Shown: in pieces, positions 18,844 through 27,916 of the stretch | How positions within the stretch are numbered: position 1 is the first letter of the stretch | Layout of the letters: each line of letters begins with the position of its first letter | NCBI GenBank assembly: GCA_039801285.1 | Contig: JBDRUJ010000001.1 | Span: 1-38,614 of the forward strand | Length of the DNA: 38,614 nt | Source of the DNA: a candidate division WOR-3 bacterium | GTDB taxonomy: Bacteria > Hydrothermota > Tepidihabitantia > Tepidihabitantales > Tepidihabitantaceae | Reading direction: 5' to 3' | Notes under the pieces: generated by a model | What the model was told of the DNA's origin: nothing | What the model saw: only the letters and a program-made list of their open reading frames with translations | Databases searched by the model: none | Translations under genes and position numbers: made by a program

Positions 18844-19673
18844 ATCGCAAAGCCCTGGGCAAGGGAATCAGGGCGATAATTCCGTCCCAGACTCAGGAGT
18901 CGTTGAATGAAGCCCGGGCCCTGCCAATTGACGAAATCCGGCCCAATCCCTATCAGCCGAGGTCGAATGTCGAGGAGGACCTGAGCGAACTGGTCAACTC
19001 GATAAAGGAAAAGGGGGTTCTCCAGCCGGTGGTGGTCAGGCGGCGCCGGGACGGCTACGAACTGGTGATGGGTGAGCGGCGCCTCCGGGCGGCAAAACTC
19101 GCCGGGCTTGACCGGATTCCGGCGGTGGTGCGGGTGGTCGAGGATGGCGAGATGCTGGAGCTGGCACTTGTTGAGAACCTGCAGCGCAAGGACCTGAACC
19201 CGGTTGCCGAGGCGCTTGCCTACAAGCGGCTCAATGAGGAATTCGGCCTGAGCCACGAGGCGATTGCTCAGCGGGTCGGGAAGGACCGCTCCACCATCAC
19301 CAACGCCCTGAGGTTGCTCAGTCTGCCCTTCAAGGTCCGGGAAGCCCTGGCAAGCGGCCAGCTGTCACCGGGCCATGCCCGGGCGCTCCTGACGCTTGCC
19401 AGCCGGCGGGAGCAGGTCGAGATGTGCGAGCGGATTGTCACTCAGGGGCTTTCGGTCAGGGAGACGGAGCGGCTCTGCAGTGAGCGGAAGGTGAGACCGC
19501 CCCGGCTGCCCAAGGAGAAGGATGTCCATATCCGCGAGCTGGAGGAGGCGCTCCAGGCTCTTCTCGGCACAAAGGTCTCAATCTTTCCGCCCGGCCGGGG
19601 CCCGGGCCGGATTGTCATTGAGTTCTTCTCGCCCGAGGACCTGGAGCGAGTCACCCGGCTTATCAGAAGGTAG
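18840..19673 (+). CDS. parB: Chromosome partitioning protein ParB/Spo0J
   Basis: ParB box motifs (IRPNPYQPR, GERRLRAAKLAG, VENLQRKDLNP). It overlaps parA by 4 nt. Confidence 0.95.
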   Translation: MNRKALGKGIRAIIPSQTQESLNEARALPIDEIRPNPYQPRSNVEEDLSELVNSIKEKGVLQPVVVRRRRDGYELVMGERRLRAAKLAGLDRIPAVVRVVEDGEMLELALVENLQRKDLNPVAEALAYKRLNEEFGLSHEAIAQRVGKDRSTITNALRLLSLPFKVREALASGQLSPGHARALLTLASRREQVEMCERIVTQGLSVRETERLCSERKVRPPRLPKEKDVHIRELEEALQALLGTKVSIFPPGRGPGRIVIEFFSPEDLERVTRLIRR

Positions 19674-19678
19674 CGTTC

Positions 19679-20428
19679 GTGGCCCGCAGGGAGATTTCGG
19701 TGATTATCTCCGGAAACCACAGCCCGAACTCCTATCACATTACCCTGGGCCTGGGTGTGGCACGGCTCCTATTTGTGCTGCTGATTCTTTTGGGACTGAT
19801 GATGCTCGCCGCCTTCGGCTTCTGGATTTCCGGTGCCTACCGCTTGACCCGGCTCGGCTATCTTGAGAGACGGAACCGACAGTTGGAGCAGGAGTTTTCC
19901 AAGCTGAGTACTCTGCGGCAGCGGCTCGAGGAGCTTGAAGAGCAGAACCGGCGGGTGGCGACAATGCTGGGGGTTGAGCTCACCCCGGCGCCGGTGGACT
20001 GGGATTCGGCCAGAACAACTGGTTCTGCCGGCACGCACCGCACGCTGGCGGCCGACAGCCGGCAAGAGCCGGTGATGGTGGTGCCCTTGGAGAGCTATGC
20101 AGTATCGCGGGGTGTCGAACCGGGGCATCCCGGAGTTGACCTTGCAGCGCAGCAGGGTGCGGCAGTTCGGGCCGCGGCCGACGGCGTTGTTGCGCGGCGC
20201 GGGACCGACCCCCAATTCGGCCGGTTTTTGCTCATCCGGCACCAGAACGGCTACGAGAGCTACTACGGCCATCTTGCCAGCTGGCAGGTCGAGACTGGCG
20301 ACACGGTCAGGCTCGGCCAGACGATTGGCGCGGTCGGAAGCAGCGGTTCATCGAGCGCCCCGCACCTCCACTTTGAGATTCGCAAGGGGGGCAAGCCGAT
20401 TGACCCTTCAACCCTGATTCGCTTCTGA
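19679..20428 (+). CDS. M23-family (LytM-type) metallopeptidase with an N-terminal membrane anchor and coiled coil
   Basis: HPGVDLAA (HxxxD) and SSAPHLHFEI (HxH) Zn-ligand motifs. A TM segment (LLFVLLILLGLMMLAAFGFWI) lies near the N-terminus. The start is GTG. Confidence 0.85.
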   Translation: MARREISVIISGNHSPNSYHITLGLGVARLLFVLLILLGLMMLAAFGFWISGAYRLTRLGYLERRNRQLEQEFSKLSTLRQRLEELEEQNRRVATMLGVELTPAPVDWDSARTTGSAGTHRTLAADSRQEPVMVVPLESYAVSRGVEPGHPGVDLAAQQGAAVRAAADGVVARRGTDPQFGRFLLIRHQNGYESYYGHLASWQVETGDTVRLGQTIGAVGSSGSSSAPHLHFEIRKGGKPIDPSTLIRF

Positions 20429-20536
20429 GCCGGTCCTTCCGCCGGGGTCGAGCCCATAATATCGGGACAGCCATGGGCCCATCCCAGCCTCCACTTGCTC
20501 GGCTCGCGAAAGGTGGCTCTCGGTCTCGGGGCATCC

Positions 20537-20564
20537 TTGCAACCGGGTCGGTGATGCATAGAAT
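20537..20564 (+). promoter_or_regulatory. Sigma70-type promoter candidate for murA
   Basis: TTGCAA at 20537-20542, a 16-nt spacer, and TAGAAT at 20559-20564. Confidence 0.35.
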
Positions 20565-20566
20565 TA

Positions 20567-21847
20567 TTGGTTGTGGATAGATTTCTGATTCGGGGCGGTC
20601 GGGTCCTTTCGGGCAGGGTCGCCACCGCCAGTGCCAAGAATGCGGTCCTGCCGATTCTCGCCGCCTGCCTTCTGACCGGGGAGACCTGCACTATCAGAAA
20701 TGTGCCCCGGCTGGAGGATGTCAAAACCATGCTTAGGCTGCTGCAGACGCTGGGCGTCACTGTGGAGTGGTCGGGCCGGACGGTGAGGGTCACGGCTAAG
20801 GGGAAACTATCCCTCAAGGCACCTTATGATATCGTCCGGAAGATGCGGGCAAGTTACTATGTTCTCGGGCCGCTCCTCGCCCGGTTCGGTGACTGTCTGG
20901 TGTCGCTGCCGGGAGGCTGTGCCATCGGCCCGCGACCGGTTGACCTCCACCTCAGGGGAATCGAGGCACTGGGTGCCCGGGTTTCAGTGGAGCACGGCTA
21001 CATCCATGCTCAGGGCCGGCCACTCAAGGGGGGAAGAGTCTTTCTGGAGGGTGTCAAGGGGCCAAGTGTCGGTGCCACAATCAATACACTCATGGCCGCA
21101 ACGTTGGCCCGAGGCAAAACGGTTATTGAGGGCGCGGCCTGTGAGCCGGAGGTGGTTGATGTCGCCCGGTTCCTGAAGACGCTCGGAGCCGAAATCAAGG
21201 GTGCCGGAACTCCAACCATCACAATCAATGGCAGACGGGAGTTGCACGGTGCGAGCCATCGGCCGATTCCGGACCGGATTGAGGCCGGAACACTGGCAGT
21301 CGCGGCGGCGATTACTGGCGGGAAGGTGGAGATTGTGCGGTGTCGGCCGCGCCATCTCGGTGCGGTCATTGAGCTGCTGCGGCAGGTTGGTGCCGAGGTG
21401 ATAACCGGCCGTCAGTCCCTTACGGTCGCAATGAAGGGCCGGGCCAAGCCGGTTGATATCGCCACCGGCCCCTATCCCAGCTTTCCCACCGACCTTCAGG
21501 CCCAGTTCACCTCACTGCTCTCTCTGGCAGACGGCACAAGTGTTGTGACCGAGAACATCTTCGAGTCGCGGTTTCTTCACTGTCTGGAGCTGAACCGGAT
21601 GGGTGCGAATATCGAGCTCGCCGGTTCCCACGCCATCATCCACGGCGTGGATAGGCTTTCGGGTGCGCAGGTGATGGCTTCAGACCTCCGTGCCTCGGCC
21701 GCCCTGGTGCTGGCCGGCCTGGCCGCAGAGGGCGAGACTGAGATTTTGCGCATCTATCATCTGGACCGGGGCTACGAGCGGCTGGAAGAGAAGCTGACTG
21801 GTCTCGGGGCCGAGATTGAGCGCGTAAGTCCAAGGTCCAATGCCTAA
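20567..21847 (+). CDS. murA: UDP-N-acetylglucosamine 1-carboxyvinyltransferase MurA (true start probably GTG at 20573)
   Basis: The catalytic-Cys loop LPGGCAIGPRPVDLH is present. The N-terminus (V)DRFLIRGG aligns with E. coli MDKFRVQG when translation begins at the GTG at 20573. Confidence 0.95.
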   Translation: MVVDRFLIRGGRVLSGRVATASAKNAVLPILAACLLTGETCTIRNVPRLEDVKTMLRLLQTLGVTVEWSGRTVRVTAKGKLSLKAPYDIVRKMRASYYVLGPLLARFGDCLVSLPGGCAIGPRPVDLHLRGIEALGARVSVEHGYIHAQGRPLKGGRVFLEGVKGPSVGATINTLMAATLARGKTVIEGAACEPEVVDVARFLKTLGAEIKGAGTPTITINGRRELHGASHRPIPDRIEAGTLAVAAAITGGKVEIVRCRPRHLGAVIELLRQVGAEVITGRQSLTVAMKGRAKPVDIATGPYPSFPTDLQAQFTSLLSLADGTSVVTENIFESRFLHCLELNRMGANIELAGSHAIIHGVDRLSGAQVMASDLRASAALVLAGLAAEGETEILRIYHLDRGYERLEEKLTGLGAEIERVSPRSNA

Positions 21848-22919
21848 GGTCCAAAGGTTGGCGGTTCGAGTCGGCAATTTGACCATTGGCGGCGGCGCAC
21901 CGGTTGTTGTTCAGTCAATGACCAAGACCGACACCAGAGATGTCAAAGCCACCATCCGTCAGATTCGCCGGCTGGGTCGTGCCGGCTGCGAACTGGTGCG
22001 GGTGGCTGTGCCTGATGGTGCTGCGGCCCAAGCCCTGAAGGAGATTCGGTCCCAAGTGGCGGTTCCTCTGGTTGCCGATATCCATTTTGACTACCGGCTG
22101 GCACTGGCCGCTATCAAGGCGGGCTGCGAAAAGGTCCGCATCAATCCGGGCAATATCGGTGCCAGCTGGAAGGTCGAGGAGATAATCAGGGCCGCAAAGG
22201 ACTCGGGCATTGCAATTCGGGTCGGGGTGAATGCCGGCTCGATTGACAAAGAGACACTGATGCGGCATCGCCATCCAACCGCTGCCGCACTCCTTGATAG
22301 CATGGCAAAGGCACTTGAGCCTTTTGAGAAGCTGGAGTTCAAAACTCTCGTGCTTTCGGCAAAGACAACTTCTGTTCCTGAAACTGTTCAGGTTTATCGG
22401 GAGCTTTATCGGCGCTATCCCTACCCCCTGCATCTTGGTCTGACCGAGGCTGGCCTGCCACTGCCCGGTGCGGTCCGCTCAACTGCCGCACTCAGCATTC
22501 TGCTCAGTCAGGGCATTGGCGACACCATCAGAGTCTCCCTGACCGGAGACCCGGTCTTGGAGGTGCGGGCGGCCTACGAGCTCCTTGCCGCACTGGGTCT
22601 GCGCCGGCGCGGGCCGGTGGTCTATTCCTGCCCGACCTGCGGACGCACCAAAATAGACGTTGCCCGGATTGCCCGTCAGGTGGAGCGGGCGGTGCGGGGA
22701 CTAAGTCGGCCGCTCAGGATTGCGGTGATGGGCTGCGTGGTCAACGGCCCGGGTGAGGCGCGGGAGGCGGATTTTGGCATTGCCGGTGGTGCCGGCAAGG
22801 GCGTGGTCTTCGCCCAGGGCCGGGTAATCAAGACCTGCCGGGAGTCGGAGCTGGTGGATGAGCTCCTCAAAGCAATCCGGACGACTTCTAAGGTCTCATG
22901 TCCAAAGTCCAAAGTCTGA
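21840..22919 (+). CDS. ispG: 4-hydroxy-3-methylbut-2-en-1-yl diphosphate synthase IspG (GcpE)
   Basis: 359-aa ORF with the GcpE TIM-barrel region and the [4Fe-4S] ligand motifs SCPTCGR and MGCVVNGPGE. It overlaps murA by 8 nt. Confidence 0.95.
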   Translation: MPKVQRLAVRVGNLTIGGGAPVVVQSMTKTDTRDVKATIRQIRRLGRAGCELVRVAVPDGAAAQALKEIRSQVAVPLVADIHFDYRLALAAIKAGCEKVRINPGNIGASWKVEEIIRAAKDSGIAIRVGVNAGSIDKETLMRHRHPTAAALLDSMAKALEPFEKLEFKTLVLSAKTTSVPETVQVYRELYRRYPYPLHLGLTEAGLPLPGAVRSTAALSILLSQGIGDTIRVSLTGDPVLEVRAAYELLAALGLRRRGPVVYSCPTCGRTKIDVARIARQVERAVRGLSRPLRIAVMGCVVNGPGEAREADFGIAGGAGKGVVFAQGRVIKTCRESELVDELLKAIRTTSKVSCPKSKV

Positions 22920-24328
22920 TTCTCTTCTCTGCGCTCCTTGCGACTCTCTTTGACCTGTTGGCTGCCTGCACCATTGGTGCCTTCGGGCCCGGTGCGACGA
23001 TTGACGGCCGGCCCATCCTCTGGAAAAACCGTGATGTCAACAATCCCGACCAGGAGATTGGCTTTTTCAACCGGGGCCGGTTCCGATTCGTCGCCAATGT
23101 TTATGCGGGCGAGACCCTCAATGTCTGGGCCGGCATCAACGAGAAGGGCTTTGCAATCATGAACTCCAACTCCTTCAACCTCGGGGGCGATGGCGCTGCC
23201 GACGACGGGAATGTGATGAGTCTGGCGCTTGCCAACTGTGCGACGATTGACGACTTCGCCAAGCTTCTGGACTCGCTGAATGTTGTCGGTCGGGAAACGC
23301 CGGCAAACTACGGTGTCTTCGACTCCACTGGCGCAACCGCCATCTTCGAGGCGAGCAATACCTACTACACCCGGTGCAACGTCGCTGACGACTCTCTGGG
23401 CCTTTTGCTCCGTGCCAACTACTCCATGTCGGGCAGTCCCAACCGTCAGGTGGGCCGGGAGCGCTGGGAGCGGGCAATGCAGCTCACCGTGCCAGCGCGG
23501 CGCGCAAACCGGATTGACGCCCGGTTCGTGATTCAGACACTTGCGCGCGACCTCGGGACGGTGAACTTCAACCCCTATCCATTGCCCTTCGAAGGCCGGT
23601 ATCATGACCTCGATTCGGGATGTGTCCCAACCGACTCGACCATCTGCCGGCCCAAGACCCGCGCCGCATTCGTCCTTGTCGGCCCGCGACCGGACCGGCC
23701 CGCGGCTGCCGGCATGATGTGGGTTCTGCTCGGCTCACCCCTTGCCACCCTGCCCATTCCGGTATGGGTCAGTGCCGGAAGAGTTCCCAACGCCCTCAAC
23801 GGCCAGTTCCGCTCCCAAATCTGCGACGAGGCCCAACTTCTCTATCGCTATCTCTGCTCCGACCCGAACCATCCAGATGCCATCAACACTTTCCGGCTTG
23901 CCGACCTGCTTGCGGAGTTTGCCCGGACCGAATCGACCATCTTCAGCCTCGTGGCCCAGAAGGAGTCAATCTGGGGCCCGGCCGGCCCGACTCCGGCTCA
24001 GGCCGAGAGCACCACCACTACCATCTGCAACCTGGTCCTTGCTGCCTATACCAGCTTCTGGGAGAACCTTGCCCGGACTCAGAGGAAGGATGTGCCCAAG
24101 CTGTGCATCATCCCGACCATCAGCCGCAACAGTGTCACTCTTACCTGGCCCACGGGAACCGAAGTCCGCTGGGTCAGGGTTTACAACTCGGCCGGGCAAC
24201 TGGTCCATCAACGGTCGCCAGTCTCGGGAAACAACCTCCTGGTGTTGTCCGGTCTTGGGGCGGGAACCTACTTTGCGGTTGTAGCTCAACCAGAACCGGT
24301 GACCATCCCGTTTCTACTGACCGACTGA
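22898..24328 (+). CDS. Secreted N-terminal-nucleophile (Cys) hydrolase, peptidase C69/C45-like, with a T9SS C-terminal sorting domain
   Basis: The signal peptide ends ...LLAA|CT. CTIGAFGPGATIDGRPILWKNRD resembles the C69-type CT....G..AT.DGS.....N.D start of the mature enzyme. The C-terminal tail is VRVYNSAGQLV...GTYFAVV. Confidence 0.65.
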   Translation: MSKVQSLILFSALLATLFDLLAACTIGAFGPGATIDGRPILWKNRDVNNPDQEIGFFNRGRFRFVANVYAGETLNVWAGINEKGFAIMNSNSFNLGGDGAADDGNVMSLALANCATIDDFAKLLDSLNVVGRETPANYGVFDSTGATAIFEASNTYYTRCNVADDSLGLLLRANYSMSGSPNRQVGRERWERAMQLTVPARRANRIDARFVIQTLARDLGTVNFNPYPLPFEGRYHDLDSGCVPTDSTICRPKTRAAFVLVGPRPDRPAAAGMMWVLLGSPLATLPIPVWVSAGRVPNALNGQFRSQICDEAQLLYRYLCSDPNHPDAINTFRLADLLAEFARTESTIFSLVAQKESIWGPAGPTPAQAESTTTTICNLVLAAYTSFWENLARTQRKDVPKLCIIPTISRNSVTLTWPTGTEVRWVRVYNSAGQLVHQRSPVSGNNLLVLSGLGAGTYFAVVAQPEPVTIPFLLTD

Positions 24329-24865
24329 CCACCCTTTCTCCCTAGCCCGCCATAACCATTGGCCTGACTGGCAACATGTCCGCTAGCAGAAGGTCTCATA
24401 CCACATATAGATTCTATCTATGCGCCAAACATCTATTCATAGTGGAGGGGCACGCCCCGGGCGCCCCTCAGGGCAGCCCCAGGCCAGGCCGGGTTTTCGT
24501 CCCACGCCCCGGACCTTTGAGGCTAAACGCCTCTCCGTCATCTCAGACTGCCACGGGCCTGCGGTCCTCGCCGAGACAAATGGGTCTATGCCTTCAGCAC
24601 CGCGGCCAGAAGATAAGATAGGGCTCAAGATGAGCTAGACTGTTGTCCATCACCGCCTAAAGCCCCCTCGCACCCAGTAGGACCGGCTGTCCCCTCGGTG
24701 AGAGATAGCCTCTCGACCAGATTGGCTTCTCTCGGATAATGAGGAATTACCAAAACCGCCATGAGCCTCACAGGCAGCAGTCCTCTGGTAAAGCCTGGAG
24801 AGTTCTAAAATCCTGCCAGCCCAAAGCACGGCTCATTCCAGAACCGGCAGACCGTTCTCGCCCCG

Positions 24866-26350
24866 TTAGCGCACAAGAACCAGTCGAAGTGGAAAGGCCT
24901 GGTTGGTTCTTCCCAGTTGGATAAAGTAAACGCCCGAGGGAACAGGCCTGCCGGTCTGGTCCTTACCATCCCAGACAGTCCAGCTTGAAGGCTTGAGAGT
25001 TCGCACCAGCCTGCCGGCCGCATCATGGATTTCCAATGCGGCTTGTGGGTCAAAAGCCCTAGCAGTTCGAATGAATACCTCGCGGTGGAAGGGATTAGGC
25101 CCGGCTCTCACCTGCACCCTGGGAGCCTCTAATCCCTCTTTCGCTTCATCAACGCCGGGATAAACCAGGCCGAGCGAATCGGTCTTGGCAACACACCGCC
25201 CCCCAACGGCATCGCCCAGAATGAGAAAACCATGGTCGTAGGTAGTGTCAATATAGAAGGCATCACCCCTCATCTCGCAACCGAAGCGCAACTTCCGTTC
25301 CCAGAGGGGTTCACCATTTGGGCCGAAACGGTGCAACTGTGGCACCCAGATGTTCGGTGACTGGGAATAGTCTCTATAGGCACCCACCACTGCACAACCA
25401 CCGTCTGAGGTCGCGGTGACGCAACGGAAAGAGCGGTGGACATATCCACTGTCCGGGAATAGCTGGCGCCACTCCTCTCTGCCCAGCGAATCGACCTTCC
25501 AGACAAATGAACCAGTAAGCACTCCACCCCATGGGAGTTCTCCGCACTGGACATAGCCGCCGTCCCGGGTCTGAGAGGCGTTGTGCCCATGGCTAAACTC
25601 CAAACCTTCAAACCGCCTCAACCAGATAATGTTGCCAGCACTGTCGGTCTTCAGAAGACAAGCAACATCTTCGGAAGCTGGGTCCGGCCCGTTGCCACCG
25701 ATGATGTAGCCCAGGTCCCGGCACTGGCGCACCGAGGCGCCCGAACTAATGCTGTCGTCAGAAGCGGAATAGCCACGGACCCATTCCAGGTTATCATCCT
25801 TGTCCATCTTCCAGAGCTCCAGCCCTTCCTTATCTTCGGTGAATAGCTCATTGACAATTGCCGAACCGGAGTCTGTAGTGCTGCAGATGTCGTCCAACAG
25901 TAGCCTCTCTCTTCCATAGGTAAAAAACCGCACAAGGTTTCCATGCGTGTCGGCCCTGGCAAAAAACTCGTCGCAAATTGTGGTGTCAGGGCGTCTGATT
26001 ATCCAGTCCCCGCCGAATAGGATACCGCCATTCGGGGCCCAGGTGATACTCTGCGCGCCGGCGTCACTGGGGTAAGGTGGCGTATAGACCCTTTCCCAGA
26101 CCACATTGCCGAGAGAATCCAGCCTTATTACTACCGCCCCAATACGACCCGTATCATTCATGTCCTTCATACCGCATATCAGATAACCATGGTCAGGAAG
26201 TTCAATCCCTTTGATGAAGCCACAGTAATCATGGTATGGAAAGGTGCGAATAAAGGTGATGGTCGCCGTCGTAACCTGCAAAAGACCGCTGATGAACACG
26301 AGGGCTAAAACCGCCGACCGCCTTGCCGAAAAGAAAGCCAAGGGTGGCAT
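24866..26350 (-). CDS. Secreted repeat (propeller-like) protein with a T9SS C-terminal sorting domain
   Basis: 494-aa ORF with a signal peptide (LALVFISGLLQVTTA) and repeated G-rich/aromatic blade-like segments. The C-terminal tail is LEIHDAAGRLV...WDGKDQTGRPVPSGVYFIQL. Confidence 0.7.
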   Translation of the reverse strand: MPPLAFFSARRSAVLALVFISGLLQVTTATITFIRTFPYHDYCGFIKGIELPDHGYLICGMKDMNDTGRIGAVVIRLDSLGNVVWERVYTPPYPSDAGAQSITWAPNGGILFGGDWIIRRPDTTICDEFFARADTHGNLVRFFTYGRERLLLDDICSTTDSGSAIVNELFTEDKEGLELWKMDKDDNLEWVRGYSASDDSISSGASVRQCRDLGYIIGGNGPDPASEDVACLLKTDSAGNIIWLRRFEGLEFSHGHNASQTRDGGYVQCGELPWGGVLTGSFVWKVDSLGREEWRQLFPDSGYVHRSFRCVTATSDGGCAVVGAYRDYSQSPNIWVPQLHRFGPNGEPLWERKLRFGCEMRGDAFYIDTTYDHGFLILGDAVGGRCVAKTDSLGLVYPGVDEAKEGLEAPRVQVRAGPNPFHREVFIRTARAFDPQAALEIHDAAGRLVRTLKPSSWTVWDGKDQTGRPVPSGVYFIQLGRTNQAFPLRLVLVR

Positions 26351-26363
26351 CGCAGCTTCCTGT

Positions 26364-27299
26364 CTAACGGACTATTGTGAGCTTACCGGTAAGCAGCCTA
26401 GAAGGGGTCTGGATGAAGTACAGATAGACTCCAGACCGAACCGGACCGTGTTCCCAAGTCAGGTCAGCACCATCCTGCTCGGCACTCGCTCTGATACAGG
26501 CCAGGAGCGAACCGGTTGCGTTGACAACCTTCAGGCACACCGGACCGGCCGGGCACGAGATGCGAAACCTGTGCAACCGGTGTCCTGCCCGGACCTGAAC
26601 CTCAGGTTTACCTGTTCCAAAGGGATGGCCGCTCTCGCCTCCACCCCGCGCCGGGTCCTCGTCCACATAGCAAAAGAATCGATTGGAGTGGGTATCCCTT
26701 TTGCCGAACACCGCATAGAAAGTGTCTCCGACCTGACACAGCGCTGCACCCGGCTCCTGAGTCCGCGGGGTTGGTTCGCAGTATTCAATATGGTCGTTAG
26801 GATAAGTGTACCGGCAGAAAGTTTTCTCTCTCCCGGTCCTTCTGTCCGCTGGCCAGAACCGGATGGCGTAGCCACTCGCACCTGCAGCCATGGCCGCTCC
26901 ACCATTAACTATCTCCGGGAAAGTCACATTGGGCCAATACCACTCATTCTGGGCCGGGTCATAGAAGTAAAACCCTTGTGTCCTGTCCCCGCGTAGAGCC
27001 ATGACAAGCCCCATGGGATGCTCGGTCCTACCAGGCAATGGACACCAGGCCAGACAGCCACCAGCCTTCACCGGCAGGTTACTCCACATTTGGGCAAGTT
27101 CTGTCCAGCCGCTGCCTCGTGGAGACGCCCCTCGATAGGGGTCAAGTGAGTAGGCATAACGGAAGAACCTGGGACTCCCACCGCCGACAAAGGCGTAGAG
27201 AAATGCGCACGGGATACCGTTGAGCTCCCAGACGCCTCCGTAACAGAGAGCACCTCCGTCATCCACTTCTGCTGGAACATCTGGCATCCGAACCCACAT
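26364..27299 (-). CDS. T9SS-sorted secreted protein; probably the 3' part of a disrupted longer gene
   Basis: 311-aa ORF with no signal peptide of its own. The C-terminal tail is LTWEHGPVRSGVYLYFIQ. The same frame stays protein-like upstream of an in-frame TAG at 27414-27416. Confidence 0.65.
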   Translation of the reverse strand: MWVRMPDVPAEVDDGGALCYGGVWELNGIPCAFLYAFVGGGSPRFFRYAYSLDPYRGASPRGSGWTELAQMWSNLPVKAGGCLAWCPLPGRTEHPMGLVMALRGDRTQGFYFYDPAQNEWYWPNVTFPEIVNGGAAMAAGASGYAIRFWPADRRTGREKTFCRYTYPNDHIEYCEPTPRTQEPGAALCQVGDTFYAVFGKRDTHSNRFFCYVDEDPARGGGESGHPFGTGKPEVQVRAGHRLHRFRISCPAGPVCLKVVNATGSLLACIRASAEQDGADLTWEHGPVRSGVYLYFIQTPSRLLTGKLTIVR

Positions 27300-27724
27300 G
27301 TCTTGGGCAGGGATGTAGCTCCAGAAATATCGAGTTCTGTGCCCGGTGAATGCGAAGAGTCTTCCATTCGGTGGAGAAGCGAACGGGTCAGGGACATAGA
27401 CAAGGGCACCACCCTAATCAACAATTCGATATGGGTCTTCCCATGGAAGTTGTCGCCGAAGATGCCAAGTGCCCTGCGGGTTAGTAGACTCATGGTGCCA
27501 GCATTCAAAGCAGTTGTAGGGCCAGACATCACAGTCACCGTGAAGCAACCAGACCAGATTGGTAGGGTTAGGAGATGGTGAACCGGCATCTAAGTCACAC
27601 CTACCAGCAGCCAGTGCACTCCCCTCCTCAGCCGGATACCCGTGGAAATCGGCTAGTTGCCGCCACCCTCCAAAGAGGTGGGGCAGGAAACTACTAAGGC
27701 AACAATCACAGCCAAGAGTTTCAT
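27300..27724 (-). pseudogene. 5' remnant of the same gene: signal peptide in another frame, plus an in-frame TAG
   Basis: ATG at 27724 with RBS AAAGGAGG encodes MKLLAVIVALVVSCPTSLEGGGN and then TAG (27653-27655). The downstream gene frame, offset by 2, reads QLADFHGYPAEEGS...WEDPYRIVD-TAG-GGALVYVPDPF... into the 26364-27299 ORF. Confidence 0.5.
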
Positions 27725-27810
27725 ATTGTACCTCCTTTTACATCTCCGACCTGTGCGCAAGACGCAGGTCCTACTTTGCTGCTAGCTAGCACCCTTGGCT
27801 TTCTGCTCTA

Positions 27811-27838
27811 ATAATAGCGTTGGCTATCCTCCTGTCAA
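27811..27838 (-). promoter_or_regulatory. Sigma70-type promoter candidate for the disrupted secreted-protein gene
   Basis: On the minus strand: TTGACA (27838-27833), a 16-nt spacer, and TATTAT (27816-27811). Confidence 0.35.
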
Positions 27839-27916
27839 GTTCCCGTATTTTGAGACAACGGGGGACTTTCGAGGAGCTGGATATATGAGGCAACATGGGT
27901 TTCCTCAGGAGCCAAG

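Noticed and set aside
18031-19673. Searched in and around parAB, and across the rest of the window, for a parS site (TGTTNCACGTGAAACA).
   Set aside because: No full palindrome was found by eye. Only a half-site-like GGTTTCACG occurs near 252-260, inside the PHP-domain gene, which is not meaningful.
27414-27416. The in-frame TAG could be a pyrrolysine or recoded codon, given the neighbouring corrinoid methyltransferase genes.
   Set aside because: The interrupted gene is a secreted T9SS-cargo protein, not an MtmB/MtbB/MttB-type methyltransferase, and it additionally needs a frameshift to be read. TAG clearly terminates other genes in the window (YhaM-like, parB), and no pyl genes are visible. 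A pseudogene or an error is more parsimonious.
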